This document shows, piece by piece, positions 28,128 to 37,716 of a stretch of DNA of 64,000 nt. A program made the translations under genes and the position numbers. The notes under the pieces are model-generated. The model did no database searches. It worked only from the letters and a program-made list of their open reading frames with translations, and was not told the DNA's origin. This stretch comes from Longimicrobiales bacterium (GTDB taxonomy: Bacteria; Gemmatimonadota; Gemmatimonadetes; Longimicrobiales; Gaopeijiaceae). The stretch is from NCBI GenBank assembly GCA_965202985.1, contig CBDBCF010000001.1:1632001-1696000 (forward strand), read 5' to 3'. The first letter of the stretch is position 1; the number at the start of each line of letters is the position of its first letter.

Positions 28128-30302
28128 TCAGAACGCCTTCAAGTAGGTCAGCTTGGCCACGCCGGTGCGGCGTTGCCATCGTTCGGTTCGGGGGTCGCGA
28201 AGCGCACCGGTCAGATAGCCCGAGTCGAACACCAGGAACAGGTCGCTTCCCGGCGTGTGGATCCAGTTGATCCGCACGTTGGCCTGCATCATGTCGGACA
28301 CGTCGTCCCACTGCACCAGCGCGTTGGCGAACAGCGACCGGCTCACCGCCCCCAGCACCGTGACGCCGAACAACCGCGTGGCGAAGTCGCCGTCGCGCGC
28401 GGGCAGGCTGACGTCGTTCCACGCGTAGTCGCCACCGATCGTCAAGTACGGCCCCGTCTTCCACGCGCCGCCGACCGAAACCTCCGTCCGCGTGCCGCCC
28501 CAGAAGCCGCCCGTGGACACGCCGCCCCGTGACGACAGGCGCCGGCTCTCGTTGGTGCGGAAGCGAAGCTCGACGGTCGTGAACGCGTAGTCGCCCGCCG
28601 CCAGCTCGCGCCCCTGGATTCTCGCGGGCTGCCGCAACGCTTCGGTGCGGCGGCGCACGTTCGCGACGATCCAATCGCCCGACTCGAACGACAGCATGCT
28701 GTGCGACAACAAGGTTGTGCTCTGCCGGACGCCGTCGAGTCCCTGCACGTAACCGCCGTTCACCGCGGCGATCAGCTGGCGGGCCCAACGGCTCTGCTCG
28801 AAGCGCGGAAAGGCGGCCACCGAGCCTTCGTACCGCCGCATGTCCCGTCGGCGCACGAACCCCAGCGCGGGCTCGAATTCGCTCGGCACCTGGGTGAAGC
28901 CGGCGCGCGCCGAGAAGTTGCGGTTGCCTACGGTCGCCTGGGCGGACGCTGCCGTGGCGGCCTGTCCGCCGTCGCCGGAAGAACGCGCAGCCCACGCAAC
29001 CACCGAGCCGGAGCCCCCGAAGCGGATCTGCGCGTCCGCTCCCGCGACCTGGTTTTGCGCGGCGTCGGTCCTCAGCGACGTGAAGATGCCGCCGACGGTC
29101 GTGCGGGGAAGCGGGTCGGCGCGCAGGCGGAGCACGGAGTTGAGGCCGCCGGGAAGCCGGCTTCCGCCCGGGCGCCGGGCGTCGTCGGTGAACAGGCTCA
29201 GCGCGCCCACGGACACGGGGCCGGCCTGGCCCGTCAGGCGCCCGCCCCCGGCGATGTCGTTGTTGATGCCGATCCGGCGGCTGAAGAAGACCTCGGTTTC
29301 GCGGGCGTCGCCGAAGTCGAAGAGGCCCGCCCGTTCCAGGAAGAACTCTCGCTTCTCCGGGTAGAAGAGGCCGAAGCGGGTCAGGTTGATCTGGACGTTG
29401 TCCGCCTCCACCTGGGCGAAGTCCGGGTTCGCCGTGGCGTCCAGGGTCAGGTTGGACGTGATCGAGTACTTGAAGTCGAGGCCGATCTCGTCGAGGGCGC
29501 GGGTGGCGGCGGGCGCGTCTCCCGCGCGTCCCTCGGCGGACCGCCCGGCGATGGCGAAGGGCTTCACCTCCATGTAGCGGCCCCGGCGCAGGTCCTCCAG
29601 GCCGGTCAGCGTGGCGTACTGGGAGACCTGCGTGAGGCCCGAGCGGAACTCTTGGCCGACGTGGGGGAAGTACACGAACTCGTTGTTTCGCCGGATCGTG
29701 CGCTCCACCAGGATGCCCATCGTCGGCGCGGCTTCGTCGGAGAACCGGATCGTGGTGAAGGGGACCGCGGCCTCCACGACCCAGCCGTCCTCGGTGACGC
29801 GGGCCTCGCTCTCGTAGATGCCCTCCCAGTTCCAGTCGGCCAGCGTCATGGACTCGTCGGTGATCAGGGCGTCGCCCTGCGTGCCGAAGGGGTTGATCTC
29901 GAAGATGTAGGCGTTCCGCCGGTCGTGGTACGTGTCCAGCCCGATGCGGATGTTGTCGTCCTGGTCGATGCGCCCTTCGCGGTGGAGGATGCTGCGGCGG
30001 ATGCCGGCCGGGTCCGAGTCGTGGAGGACGAGAGCGAAGTACAGGTTGTTTCGGTCGAAGGCGACGCGCAGTTCGGTGCGCTCCGAAGCGGGGGCGCCGT
30101 CCACGGGGACGCGTTGCCGGAAGTCGGTGACGACCGGGACGTCTCGCCAGAAGGGCTCGTCCAGGACTGCGTCGATCACCGGTGGTTCCGGCGCCCTGAC
30201 TGCTTGGACGACGGCCTGTGCGCAAGCGACGCCCGCCGGAGGCGCGAGTCCGGCGGCGACGAGCAACAGGCACGCGGTCGCCAGGAGGCCCGGTGGCCGC
30301 AT
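28128..30302 (-). CDS. CBM9-like/DUF5916 outer-membrane protein
   Basis: Signal peptide; P.IDAVLDE, LDTYHDRRNAYIFEINPFG, NPDFAQVEAD, FYPEKREFFLE, FFSRRIG; C-terminal Phe. Confidence 0.85.
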   Translation of the reverse strand: MRPPGLLATACLLLVAAGLAPPAGVACAQAVVQAVRAPEPPVIDAVLDEPFWRDVPVVTDFRQRVPVDGAPASERTELRVAFDRNNLYFALVLHDSDPAGIRRSILHREGRIDQDDNIRIGLDTYHDRRNAYIFEINPFGTQGDALITDESMTLADWNWEGIYESEARVTEDGWVVEAAVPFTTIRFSDEAAPTMGILVERTIRRNNEFVYFPHVGQEFRSGLTQVSQYATLTGLEDLRRGRYMEVKPFAIAGRSAEGRAGDAPAATRALDEIGLDFKYSITSNLTLDATANPDFAQVEADNVQINLTRFGLFYPEKREFFLERAGLFDFGDARETEVFFSRRIGINNDIAGGGRLTGQAGPVSVGALSLFTDDARRPGGSRLPGGLNSVLRLRADPLPRTTVGGIFTSLRTDAAQNQVAGADAQIRFGGSGSVVAWAARSSGDGGQAATAASAQATVGNRNFSARAGFTQVPSEFEPALGFVRRRDMRRYEGSVAAFPRFEQSRWARQLIAAVNGGYVQGLDGVRQSTTLLSHSMLSFESGDWIVANVRRRTEALRQPARIQGRELAAGDYAFTTVELRFRTNESRRLSSRGGVSTGGFWGGTRTEVSVGGAWKTGPYLTIGGDYAWNDVSLPARDGDFATRLFGVTVLGAVSRSLFANALVQWDDVSDMMQANVRINWIHTPGSDLFLVFDSGYLTGALRDPRTERWQRRTGVAKLTYLKAF

Positions 30303-30333
30303 GGCTGTGGCGATTTGCGGCCTGCGGGCGGCG

Positions 30334-30630
30334 TCAGTCTTGGTCGTGGTCCGCGTCGTGGTGGGCGTCGGCGTCCTGGCGGCCGTTGTCGCCGTCGTCC
30401 CCGGCCTCGGCGTCGCACGTCTCCCGACGGCAGCAGCACGGGTCCAGGCGACAGCAGCACGACTCCGACCCGGCGCCGAAGCTCCAGCAGCAACCGCCGC
30501 CGCGCCGCCGCCTGCGCAACCAGCAGAAGAGCAGGACCAGCAGCAGGATGTGGGGCAGGCCGATGCGCACGGCTGCCGTCCAGAACGCCGCCAGCGAATA
30601 GAAGTACCCTTCGACGAACGTGCTCAGCAT
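30334..30630 (-). CDS. Small membrane protein with a Cys-cluster and Asp/His-rich tail (98 aa)
   Basis: GGAGGAG RBS; MLSTFVEGYF...PHILLLVLLFCWLRRRRRGGGCCWS...SCCCRLDPCCCRRETC...HHDADHDQD; fills the gap between co-oriented genes. Confidence 0.65.
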   Translation of the reverse strand: MLSTFVEGYFYSLAAFWTAAVRIGLPHILLLVLLFCWLRRRRRGGGCCWSFGAGSESCCCRLDPCCCRRETCDAEAGDDGDNGRQDADAHHDADHDQD

Positions 30631-30686
30631 CTTGTCTCCTCCGTTTGCCAATTCATACGCGCTGCGGCGCGTCTTGGTTTCGTCTC

Positions 30687-31730
30687 CTACCGTTCGCCCG
30701 AGCCGGGACGGCGCTCTCGGACCAGGGCAATTCGGTCGCCGGCAGGGCTGACCGCGATGCGGGAGATCGCTCCGGCCTCCGCGCCTTGGGCTCCCGCGCC
30801 TCCGGCGTTCCCGGCGCTCAACTCCGCCAAGAGTCTCCACCCCGAGTCCGGGGTCCAGTAGTGAAGGGCCGCCCCGTCGCCCATCAGGATTTCGCCGTGC
30901 GGAGTCCAGGCGTAGTCCTCGCGGCCGGGCAAGGTGCGGACCAGCCGCTCGGTCCGGCCCGAAGCCGGGTCGAGGCGCTCGATCCACCATTCTCCCTCGG
31001 CGAGCTTGTGCACGAACGAAATGTCGCCTGATCCAGCGATCCGGTGGATCGAACGACCCGGGTTGTCGACCACGGTTTGCAGCGTGCCGGACAGCGCGTC
31101 GCCGATCCGGAGGACGGGGGGGTCGCCCAGGACGAACAGAACCGCCACTCGCTCGTCGGCCCATGCGTGATAGCCCACCGGCTCGGCGGTCGAGAAGACG
31201 GGCCCCAGCGCGGCGCCGGCGTCGTCGTAGCGCCAGAGGTACTGCTTGCCTCGGATCTCGCGGATCGCCGAAAACGCCTCCTGTCCAGGGATCGGAGTCG
31301 GCGAGAACTCGCTGGCTTCGGGCGTGCGGGTCAGCCGTTCCGACCGGCCCGCGTCCAGGACGTACCGGAACGCCTCCGTCTGGATGGAGTCCACGGCGGA
31401 CGTGTAGTAGAGGCTGTTGCCGTCCGGACCGAAGCGGGGCTGGTTGTCGTAGCCGTCCCGGTCCGTGGCGTTGAACAGGTCGCGAACCAGCGGGGCGCCG
31501 TCGCTCGAGCGGTCGAGAACGCCAAGCCAGATGTCCGTCGACGGCGCCCCGGCCGCGGTGGGCCGGTAGTCGGCGGGGGCTGGACCGATCTCGGGCATGG
31601 GACCGTCGGCCGGGGTTCCGGCGAAGGGATCGGGCTCCGGCGCCGTGCAGGCCAGCGACAGCGGCAGAAGCAGCGCCGCCAGCGTCCGACTCGGAGCGGA
31701 TGTCCCGGCCATCGCGGCCGCCCAGGTCAT
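30687..31730 (-). CDS. TolB-like beta-propeller lipoprotein
   Basis: Lipobox SLAC; GYDNQPRF, EFSPTP, PVGYHAW, ISRIAVSPAGD; start overlaps the upstream stop. Confidence 0.75.
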   Translation of the reverse strand: MTWAAAMAGTSAPSRTLAALLLPLSLACTAPEPDPFAGTPADGPMPEIGPAPADYRPTAAGAPSTDIWLGVLDRSSDGAPLVRDLFNATDRDGYDNQPRFGPDGNSLYYTSAVDSIQTEAFRYVLDAGRSERLTRTPEASEFSPTPIPGQEAFSAIREIRGKQYLWRYDDAGAALGPVFSTAEPVGYHAWADERVAVLFVLGDPPVLRIGDALSGTLQTVVDNPGRSIHRIAGSGDISFVHKLAEGEWWIERLDPASGRTERLVRTLPGREDYAWTPHGEILMGDGAALHYWTPDSGWRLLAELSAGNAGGAGAQGAEAGAISRIAVSPAGDRIALVRERRPGSGER

Positions 31731-32221
31731 TGCGGTTGTTCGGCGCGACCGTGGTCGCCGCGCTCGCCGGCGTCCGCGCCCTGGGCGTCGTCGTCCGCGG
31801 CCGTTGTCGGCGGCTGCGTCAGTTCGCGGCTCAGAGCGGTCGCCTCCAAACCCCAGGCGGCCAAGACGCGATCCGATTCCGGGTCTCCGGCCCCGGCCAC
31901 GCCCAGCAAGAGGTGGACTCCGGTGGTGGCGGGCCACCCGCGCGCCGAGCTGAACTCCACCGCCGCGGCAAGCGCCGCGTGCGACGAAGGCGAGAAGGGA
32001 ATGTGATTCTCGTGCGTGACGGGCAAGTTCGTGAAGTCGTCAGGCAGATCGCCGATCTCCAGCCCGAGCCGCCCCACGGCGCGGAGAAGAGCCGGTTCCC
32101 CGTGAGACGCGACGCCCGCCAAGATGTGGCGCGGCTCCACGGCCTGGGCACCGTCCCTGGCGGCCGCGGCGGCAGCCCGGTTCAGTGCGTGCACTGCTTC
32201 TTCAGCGAGTTGGATGCTCAT
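31727..32221 (-). CDS. Stand-alone Clp N-terminal repeat domain protein
   Basis: Two Clp_N-like repeats: A...A.RDGAQAVEPRHILAGV and PFSPSSHAALAAA...TTGVHLLLGV. Confidence 0.75.
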   Translation of the reverse strand: MSIQLAEEAVHALNRAAAAAARDGAQAVEPRHILAGVASHGEPALLRAVGRLGLEIGDLPDDFTNLPVTHENHIPFSPSSHAALAAAVEFSSARGWPATTGVHLLLGVAGAGDPESDRVLAAWGLEATALSRELTQPPTTAADDDAQGADAGERGDHGRAEQPQ

Positions 32222-32922
32222 GGTTCCGTAACGTAGAGAAGTGCCGTCGCGCCGGCGACGCCAGCGCCCGCGGATCCGGCGGAGGCCGCGGCTGCAGCGG
32301 CGTGCACTGCGCCGCGGACGGCTCGGCCCACCGGATCGTGCCGGACAAGCTGCTTGATGTGGGCGCGCCGGCGCCAGATCGGCTTCCACCCGAACACGGG
32401 GCGAAGGAGGCCGACGGCGTCCGCCAGGGCCAGCAGCGCGGTCGTCCGCGGATCGAGTCCGGGGTCGGCGTCCGAGCCGAAGATCGCCGTGTGCAATCGT
32501 TCGACGGCTTCGCGCCTGGGGCGCCGGTCCATCTGCAAGTAGAGTCGGCGCGGGAAGACCCAGAGAACCCGCGTTTCCTTTGCGCGAAGAACGCCCCGGC
32601 TGCGGAGGGGCTCGGCTACTTGGTGCGTCAGCTTCTTGGTCCGGGCAAAGGCAGCGACCCACGCCGCCGGCGCGCGCAACCGCTTGGCGTCGCGGACGAG
32701 GGAGCGGCATTCGTCCAGCAGGGATCCGCCGTCGGCGGCGTCCTCGACCATAATCACGCGCTCCTTTCGCCCCGCGCCCTTGATGCCAACCTCCCCGCGC
32801 AGCAGCAACTCGCCCAGGACGGCTCCGCCAAGGGCGTAGTTGGTGTGGAAGCCTCGGAGCGCTCCGGTGGAATGCAACGCCACCAACAGGACTTCCTCGG
32901 GAAGGCTGGGCCGGCGCTTCAC
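32218..32922 (-). CDS. GOLPH3/Vps74 (GPP34) family protein
   Basis: SLPEEVLLVAL, LGGAVLGELLLRGEV, L...GVL...RVLWVFP, DPRTTALLALADA, Ala-rich tail. Confidence 0.8.
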   Translation of the reverse strand: MKRRPSLPEEVLLVALHSTGALRGFHTNYALGGAVLGELLLRGEVGIKGAGRKERVIMVEDAADGGSLLDECRSLVRDAKRLRAPAAWVAAFARTKKLTHQVAEPLRSRGVLRAKETRVLWVFPRRLYLQMDRRPRREAVERLHTAIFGSDADPGLDPRTTALLALADAVGLLRPVFGWKPIWRRRAHIKQLVRHDPVGRAVRGAVHAAAAAASAGSAGAGVAGATALLYVTEP

Positions 32923-32923
32923 C

Positions 32924-33712
32924 TCACGCGCTCTTGGGCACGGGAACGGTGTAGTTGAGGGCCAAGCGTCCGCCGTCGGGGTAGACGGTCTGGCCCGTCA
33001 CGTACGAGGCGTAGTCGCTGGCCAGAAAGACGGCCACGCGGGCCACCTCGGCGGGTTCGGCGATGCGGCCCAGCGGCGTGCGCGACAGGACCGTCCGACG
33101 GGCGTCGTCGTCGTCCGCAACCGCGTCCAGCATGGCGGTGGCGACGCTTCCGGGGCCGATCGCGTTTACGCGCACGCCGTGCGGCGCCAGCGCCACGGCC
33201 ATCGCCTTGGTGAGCTGCGCGACGCCGCCCTTGGAGACGGCGTACGCAAGCTGGTCCGGAATCGCCACGACGGCGTTGGTGGAGGACATGTTCACGATCG
33301 CGCCCCCGTCGCCGCGGTCCACCATGTGGCGCGCCGCCAGCCGGCCCATCAGGAAGGCGCCCCGCAGGTTGACCGCCAGCACCCGGTCGAAGTCCTCGGG
33401 CGATGCGTCCAAGATGGAGCCCGGAACGATCACGCCCGCGTTGTTGACCAGAACGTTGCAGCGTCCGAACCGCTCCAGGCAGGCGTTCAGAACGGCGGCA
33501 CAGTCCTCTTCCCGGCTCGCGTCGGCTCGAACGGCCAGCGTGGCGGCGCCGGTTGCGGACGCGACGGACTCGGCGGTCTCGGCCACGCCGCGCTCCCGAA
33601 CATCGGCCAGCACCACGTCGGCTCCATGCTCAGCGAAGGCCTGCGCGCACGCTGCGCCGATGCCCCTGGCCGCCCCCGTCACGATTGCGGCCCTGCCCTC
33701 GAACGAGATCAT
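32924..33712 (-). CDS. Short-chain dehydrogenase/reductase
   Basis: TGAARGIG, NNAG, YAVSK, VNAIGPG. Confidence 0.92.
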   Translation of the reverse strand: MISFEGRAAIVTGAARGIGAACAQAFAEHGADVVLADVRERGVAETAESVASATGAATLAVRADASREEDCAAVLNACLERFGRCNVLVNNAGVIVPGSILDASPEDFDRVLAVNLRGAFLMGRLAARHMVDRGDGGAIVNMSSTNAVVAIPDQLAYAVSKGGVAQLTKAMAVALAPHGVRVNAIGPGSVATAMLDAVADDDDARRTVLSRTPLGRIAEPAEVARVAVFLASDYASYVTGQTVYPDGGRLALNYTVPVPKSA

Positions 33713-33783
33713 TTCACCGGACAATATAAGCCGGCGCAACGTCGCCGGGATTCCGCCCCCGCCTGCCCCGGAGCGCAATCAGA

Positions 33784-35121
33784 GTGAAGAAGTCCACGGC
33801 CCGGTTCCTGGGCCCGTCCGTTGCGGGCATGCTGGTCTTTCTGGTTCCGATCCCCACGGCGGACGGCATCGACATCGGGATCGGGATCGTCACCGGGCTG
33901 GTCCGCGAGCTCGCGGGCGACGCCTTGCCCGCCGTCGTGACCGCGGTCGTGTGCGCGTCGGCGGCGACCTCGCTGTACGGGCTGCTCGCTCGTCCCCGAT
34001 GGCGGCGCGAACCGGGGGACTTGGCTCGGGCCTTCGCGGCCTCGCCCGTCGGCGCCGCGGTGCGGGTCGTCGGTGCCGCAGTCGCCTGCATGGTCCTCTT
34101 CGACGCGGGTCCAAACTGGATCACGTCGGGCGAGACCGGCGGCGTGATCCTGCGCGACCTGGCGACCGTGATCTTCGCCGTCTTTCTGTTCGCTTCCGTG
34201 CTGCTGCCGCTGCTGACCGAGTTCGGCCTCATGGAGTTCGTCGGGACCCTGGTGCAGCGGGCGTTCCGACCGCTCCTGACGCTGCCGGGGACCGCCGCCG
34301 TGGACTGCGCGGCGTCCTGGTTCGGTTCGTCCACGGTGGGCGTGGTCATCACCGCCAAGCAGTACGACGCGGGCCGCTACACGCAGCGAGAGGCCGCCGT
34401 CATCGCGCTCAACTTCTCGGTCGTGTCGGTGGCCTTCGCCAAGGTGATCGTCGACTTCGCGGGCCTGAGCGCGCACTTCTTCGCCTTCTACGGCGCGTTG
34501 CTCGTCAGCGGCGCGGCGGCGGCGATCGTCACGCCCCGCCTGCCTCCGCTGTCGCGCAAGCAGGACCGCTACGCGACCGCCGACGCCCACGCGCACCAAG
34601 ACGATCCGGCGGACCGCACCGGCAGCGGCCCGTTCTCTCTGGGCCTGCAACGGGCGCGCGCCCGGGCCGCGCAGTCGCTCTCGTGGACGGCGCTGCTGCG
34701 CGCCGGGGCCGCCACGACCTTCGACATCTGGTTCGGGCTGCTCCCGCTGGTCGTGACGGTCGGCACGCTGTCCCTTGCGGCGGCCACGCACACGCCGGTG
34801 TTCGACTGGCTGTCCTATCCGCTCGTCTTCCTGGCCGAACTCCTGGGCCTGCCCGAAGCCCGGGCCGCCGCGCCGGCGCTTCTCGTCGGTTTCGCCGACC
34901 AGTTCCTGCCGGTAGTGCTGGCGCAGGGCATCGACAGCGAATTGACCCGGTTCGTCGTCGCCTGCGCGTCGGCCACGCAGCTGGTGTACATGTCGGAGGT
35001 GGGCGCGTTCCTGATCCGCTCGAACCTGCCGGTCGGCTTCCGCGATCTGCTTGCCGTCTTCCTCCTGCGGACAGCGATCACGGTTCCGATCTGCGCCCTG
35101 GTGGGACACTGGGTGTTCTGA
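33784..35121 (+). CDS. YjiH-family (nucleoside recognition Gate) membrane protein
   Basis: LLTEFGLMEFVG, RPLLTLPG, YTQREAAVIA.NFSVVS, GFADQFLP, QLVYMSEVG. Confidence 0.85.
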   Translation: MKKSTARFLGPSVAGMLVFLVPIPTADGIDIGIGIVTGLVRELAGDALPAVVTAVVCASAATSLYGLLARPRWRREPGDLARAFAASPVGAAVRVVGAAVACMVLFDAGPNWITSGETGGVILRDLATVIFAVFLFASVLLPLLTEFGLMEFVGTLVQRAFRPLLTLPGTAAVDCAASWFGSSTVGVVITAKQYDAGRYTQREAAVIALNFSVVSVAFAKVIVDFAGLSAHFFAFYGALLVSGAAAAIVTPRLPPLSRKQDRYATADAHAHQDDPADRTGSGPFSLGLQRARARAAQSLSWTALLRAGAATTFDIWFGLLPLVVTVGTLSLAAATHTPVFDWLSYPLVFLAELLGLPEARAAAPALLVGFADQFLPVVLAQGIDSELTRFVVACASATQLVYMSEVGAFLIRSNLPVGFRDLLAVFLLRTAITVPICALVGHWVF

Positions 35122-35153
35122 TCCCCCACGAGAACTCGCGCTGCGGGCCGTCG

Positions 35154-35639
35154 TCAGCCGTACGGCATGACCGGCGTCTTGCCCAAGAGGCGCGCGTACA
35201 CGGAGAGGGCGCCCCGGTGGTGGGCCGTGTGGTCCACGATCGCGGTCACGACGGCGGCCCGAGGCGCCCCGCCCATGATCCTGCGGTCGGGGATCGGCTC
35301 GCCCAGGGCACCGGCGGGCGCGGACTGGACGGCCTCCGCGGCGGCGCCGAACGCGCGCTCCAACCAAGCCGACGCCTCGGCAAGCGACGCCACTGCCCGA
35401 ACCTTGCTTTCCATGGTCGCGAAGTCCATGTCCCACCCTTTGCCGAAGGCCCCCTCCACGAACCAGTCGACGGAATCCGCCACATGGGCAACGTGGCCCG
35501 CCACCGTGAAGAGCTGCGGGTTGGGCGCGAACCCCGAGTCCTCTTCTCCGAACACGGAGAGCGTCTTCCGCAGGTACCCCAGGGACGTCTCGAGCTCCTT
35601 GACCAATGTCTTCGCGGGCGTTGCGTTCGTCGTCGTCAT
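35154..35639 (-). CDS. DinB-family protein
   Basis: F.P......VAGHVAHV and C-terminal DHTAHHRGALSVYARLLG metal-binding motif; AAGGA RBS. Confidence 0.85.
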   Translation of the reverse strand: MTTTNATPAKTLVKELETSLGYLRKTLSVFGEEDSGFAPNPQLFTVAGHVAHVADSVDWFVEGAFGKGWDMDFATMESKVRAVASLAEASAWLERAFGAAAEAVQSAPAGALGEPIPDRRIMGGAPRAAVVTAIVDHTAHHRGALSVYARLLGKTPVMPYG

Positions 35640-35775
35640 GACTTCGGTCCTTTCGCAGGCGTGGCGGCTGCTTGCTGTTTGCGTCGCGACAGTCCACATT
35701 ATACGGTTCCAGCATATGGGCGCACACCGGGCGGCGCCCTCCCGGCAGCTGTCCCCGACGCCAAGGAGCCCTGCG

Positions 35776-36873
35776 TTGATCTCGATGGAACGACTGAACC
35801 CGTGCGCCGACGGTCCCTTCCAGGCCGTCTTGCGGATCGAGCCTTCGGCGCGCTTCGACCTCATCGACGTGCGCGGCCGCGTGGAGCGCGAGTTCGGGAA
35901 GCTGTTCAGCCGGTTTCCCAAGGCCCTGTACGTGTCCGACCACACCACCGCCGGCTACTTGGACCAGCGCTTGGCGGAGCGTCTGAAGCACGACGGCCAG
36001 AACGTCCACAAGTTCCTGCAGCTCTTCCGCGAACTCTTCCCTCCCGGCGCCGGCTACGTTCACGACGAGCTTCACCTGCGCACGGAGCTTTCCGACGAGC
36101 AGCGCGCAAGCGAACCCAAGAACGCGGACTCCCACCTGACGTTCATGGGGGCGGGCCTGAAGAACTGCGTGTCGTACGAGCAGCGGGGCGACCTGCCCGT
36201 CTGGTTCGTGGAGCTGGACGGAGTGCACGACGCGGGCACCCGTTGTCGGCGGACGACGGTCGTGGGATACGGGGGCGAAGAGGAGGTCGCGCGGCTTACC
36301 GTAGAGGTCGAGGCGTCGCCCCACGCCATCGACGCGCGCAACCTGCGGGACCGCGAGTTCGGGTTCATGGACCGCCTGCGAGCGCTGGCCCGCGAGCACG
36401 ACGTGTCCTTCGGGCGGCTGGACGTGTCGCTTCCGCCCGAGGAAAGGCATGCCGGCCTGACGGTCAACGAGTACGAGACGCTGCTCATGACCCACGATCT
36501 GCGCGACGTGTTGGCCGACCCGTTGCGGTTCATGGCGGAGAGGGGCAAGAACGCGCTCCTCGACCCCAAAGCGATTCCCGCGAAGACGCTCAACTACGCC
36601 CAGTTCGACGCCGTCCTGATCCTGAACAAGCTCCTGGACCGCATGGGCGTGCGCCGCTCCGTCGTGGAGCGGATCGTGAATCGGGCCCTGGCGCTGCCCG
36701 TGTCGCACTTCCTGCGCATGAAGCGGCGGTTCAGCTTGCCCGTGCTGGACGCCCGTGGCGACGGAAACGGCATGATCCCCCGCGGCGCCTACCAGAGTCC
36801 GATCCTGGTCCAGTGGAGGGGCGCCGAGCGGCCCACGCGGGCCTTGGACGTGCGGCTGTACCGGTTTGTCTGA
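35776..36873 (+). CDS. YjbQ/UPF0047-like protein, apparently two tandem domains
   Basis: HTTAG, YVHD, NADSHL and FVELDG in the first half; HAGLTVNE and GAYQSPILVQW in the second; start at TTG 35776 or ATG 35785. Confidence 0.65.
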   Translation: MISMERLNPCADGPFQAVLRIEPSARFDLIDVRGRVEREFGKLFSRFPKALYVSDHTTAGYLDQRLAERLKHDGQNVHKFLQLFRELFPPGAGYVHDELHLRTELSDEQRASEPKNADSHLTFMGAGLKNCVSYEQRGDLPVWFVELDGVHDAGTRCRRTTVVGYGGEEEVARLTVEVEASPHAIDARNLRDREFGFMDRLRALAREHDVSFGRLDVSLPPEERHAGLTVNEYETLLMTHDLRDVLADPLRFMAERGKNALLDPKAIPAKTLNYAQFDAVLILNKLLDRMGVRRSVVERIVNRALALPVSHFLRMKRRFSLPVLDARGDGNGMIPRGAYQSPILVQWRGAERPTRALDVRLYRFV

Positions 36874-36882
36874 CGGCCCCTT

Positions 36883-37659
36883 TTAGATCAGCGATCTGCC
36901 CTGGGCGCCGTCCACGGCAATGCAGGCGCCCGTGATCAAGCTGGCTCGCTCGGACGCCAGGAACGCGACCACGTCTCCCACCTCTTCCGCCCGCCCGAAG
37001 CGGCCTAGGGGAAGGTTCGCGTCCACGAACTTCCTCATGCCGTCGGGGTCGGCCTTGACGCGCTTGTCCCAGCTCCCGCCCTCGAAGCGGATCGACCCCG
37101 GCGCCACGCAGTTCACGCGAATGCCTTCGGGGGCCAGCTCGAGCGCCATGATGCCGGCGGCGGAGATCAGCGCGGACTTCGTCGTGTTGTAGATCGACAG
37201 CCCCGGGCCTCCCTTCTCTCTGCCGAACACCGAAGACACGAAGACGATTGAGCCGCCGCCCTGCTTCCGCATCCACGGAATGGCGCAGCGGCTGGCGCGG
37301 AACGCCGACAGCACGTTGAGTTGAATCACGTCCAGCCAGTCCTGGTCCGTGGACTCGGCGAAGTTCCCCCGGCGGTTGCCCCCCACGTTGTTCACCAGGA
37401 TGTCCACGGCCCCGTAGCGATCGGCAGCCGCCTCCAAGAACGTCCCGGCGCCGTCCTCCTGGGCCACGTCCGTTGCGACCGGCAGCACCTCGGCGCCGCC
37501 GGCGCGCAGCTTCACGGCGGCCGCCTCGAGAGCGTTGCGGTTGCGGGCGCAAATCGCCACACTGGCCCCCTCGGCCGCCAAGGACCGAGCGATGGCGAAG
37601 CCCAGCCCCTGGCTTGCGCCCGTCACGGCGGCGACTTTGCCGGCCAGTCCCAGGTCCAC
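36883..37659 (-). CDS. Short-chain dehydrogenase/reductase
   Basis: TGASQGLG, ICARN, NNVG, YNTTK, VNCVAPG. Confidence 0.92.
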   Translation of the reverse strand: MDLGLAGKVAAVTGASQGLGFAIARSLAAEGASVAICARNRNALEAAAVKLRAGGAEVLPVATDVAQEDGAGTFLEAAADRYGAVDILVNNVGGNRRGNFAESTDQDWLDVIQLNVLSAFRASRCAIPWMRKQGGGSIVFVSSVFGREKGGPGLSIYNTTKSALISAAGIMALELAPEGIRVNCVAPGSIRFEGGSWDKRVKADPDGMRKFVDANLPLGRFGRAEEVGDVVAFLASERASLITGACIAVDGAQGRSLI

Positions 37660-37716
37660 GGTCCGCCTCCTACCTTCCCGGCCGTGCGGTGCGGACGCGG
37701 CCTTGCCCTGTGCCGA

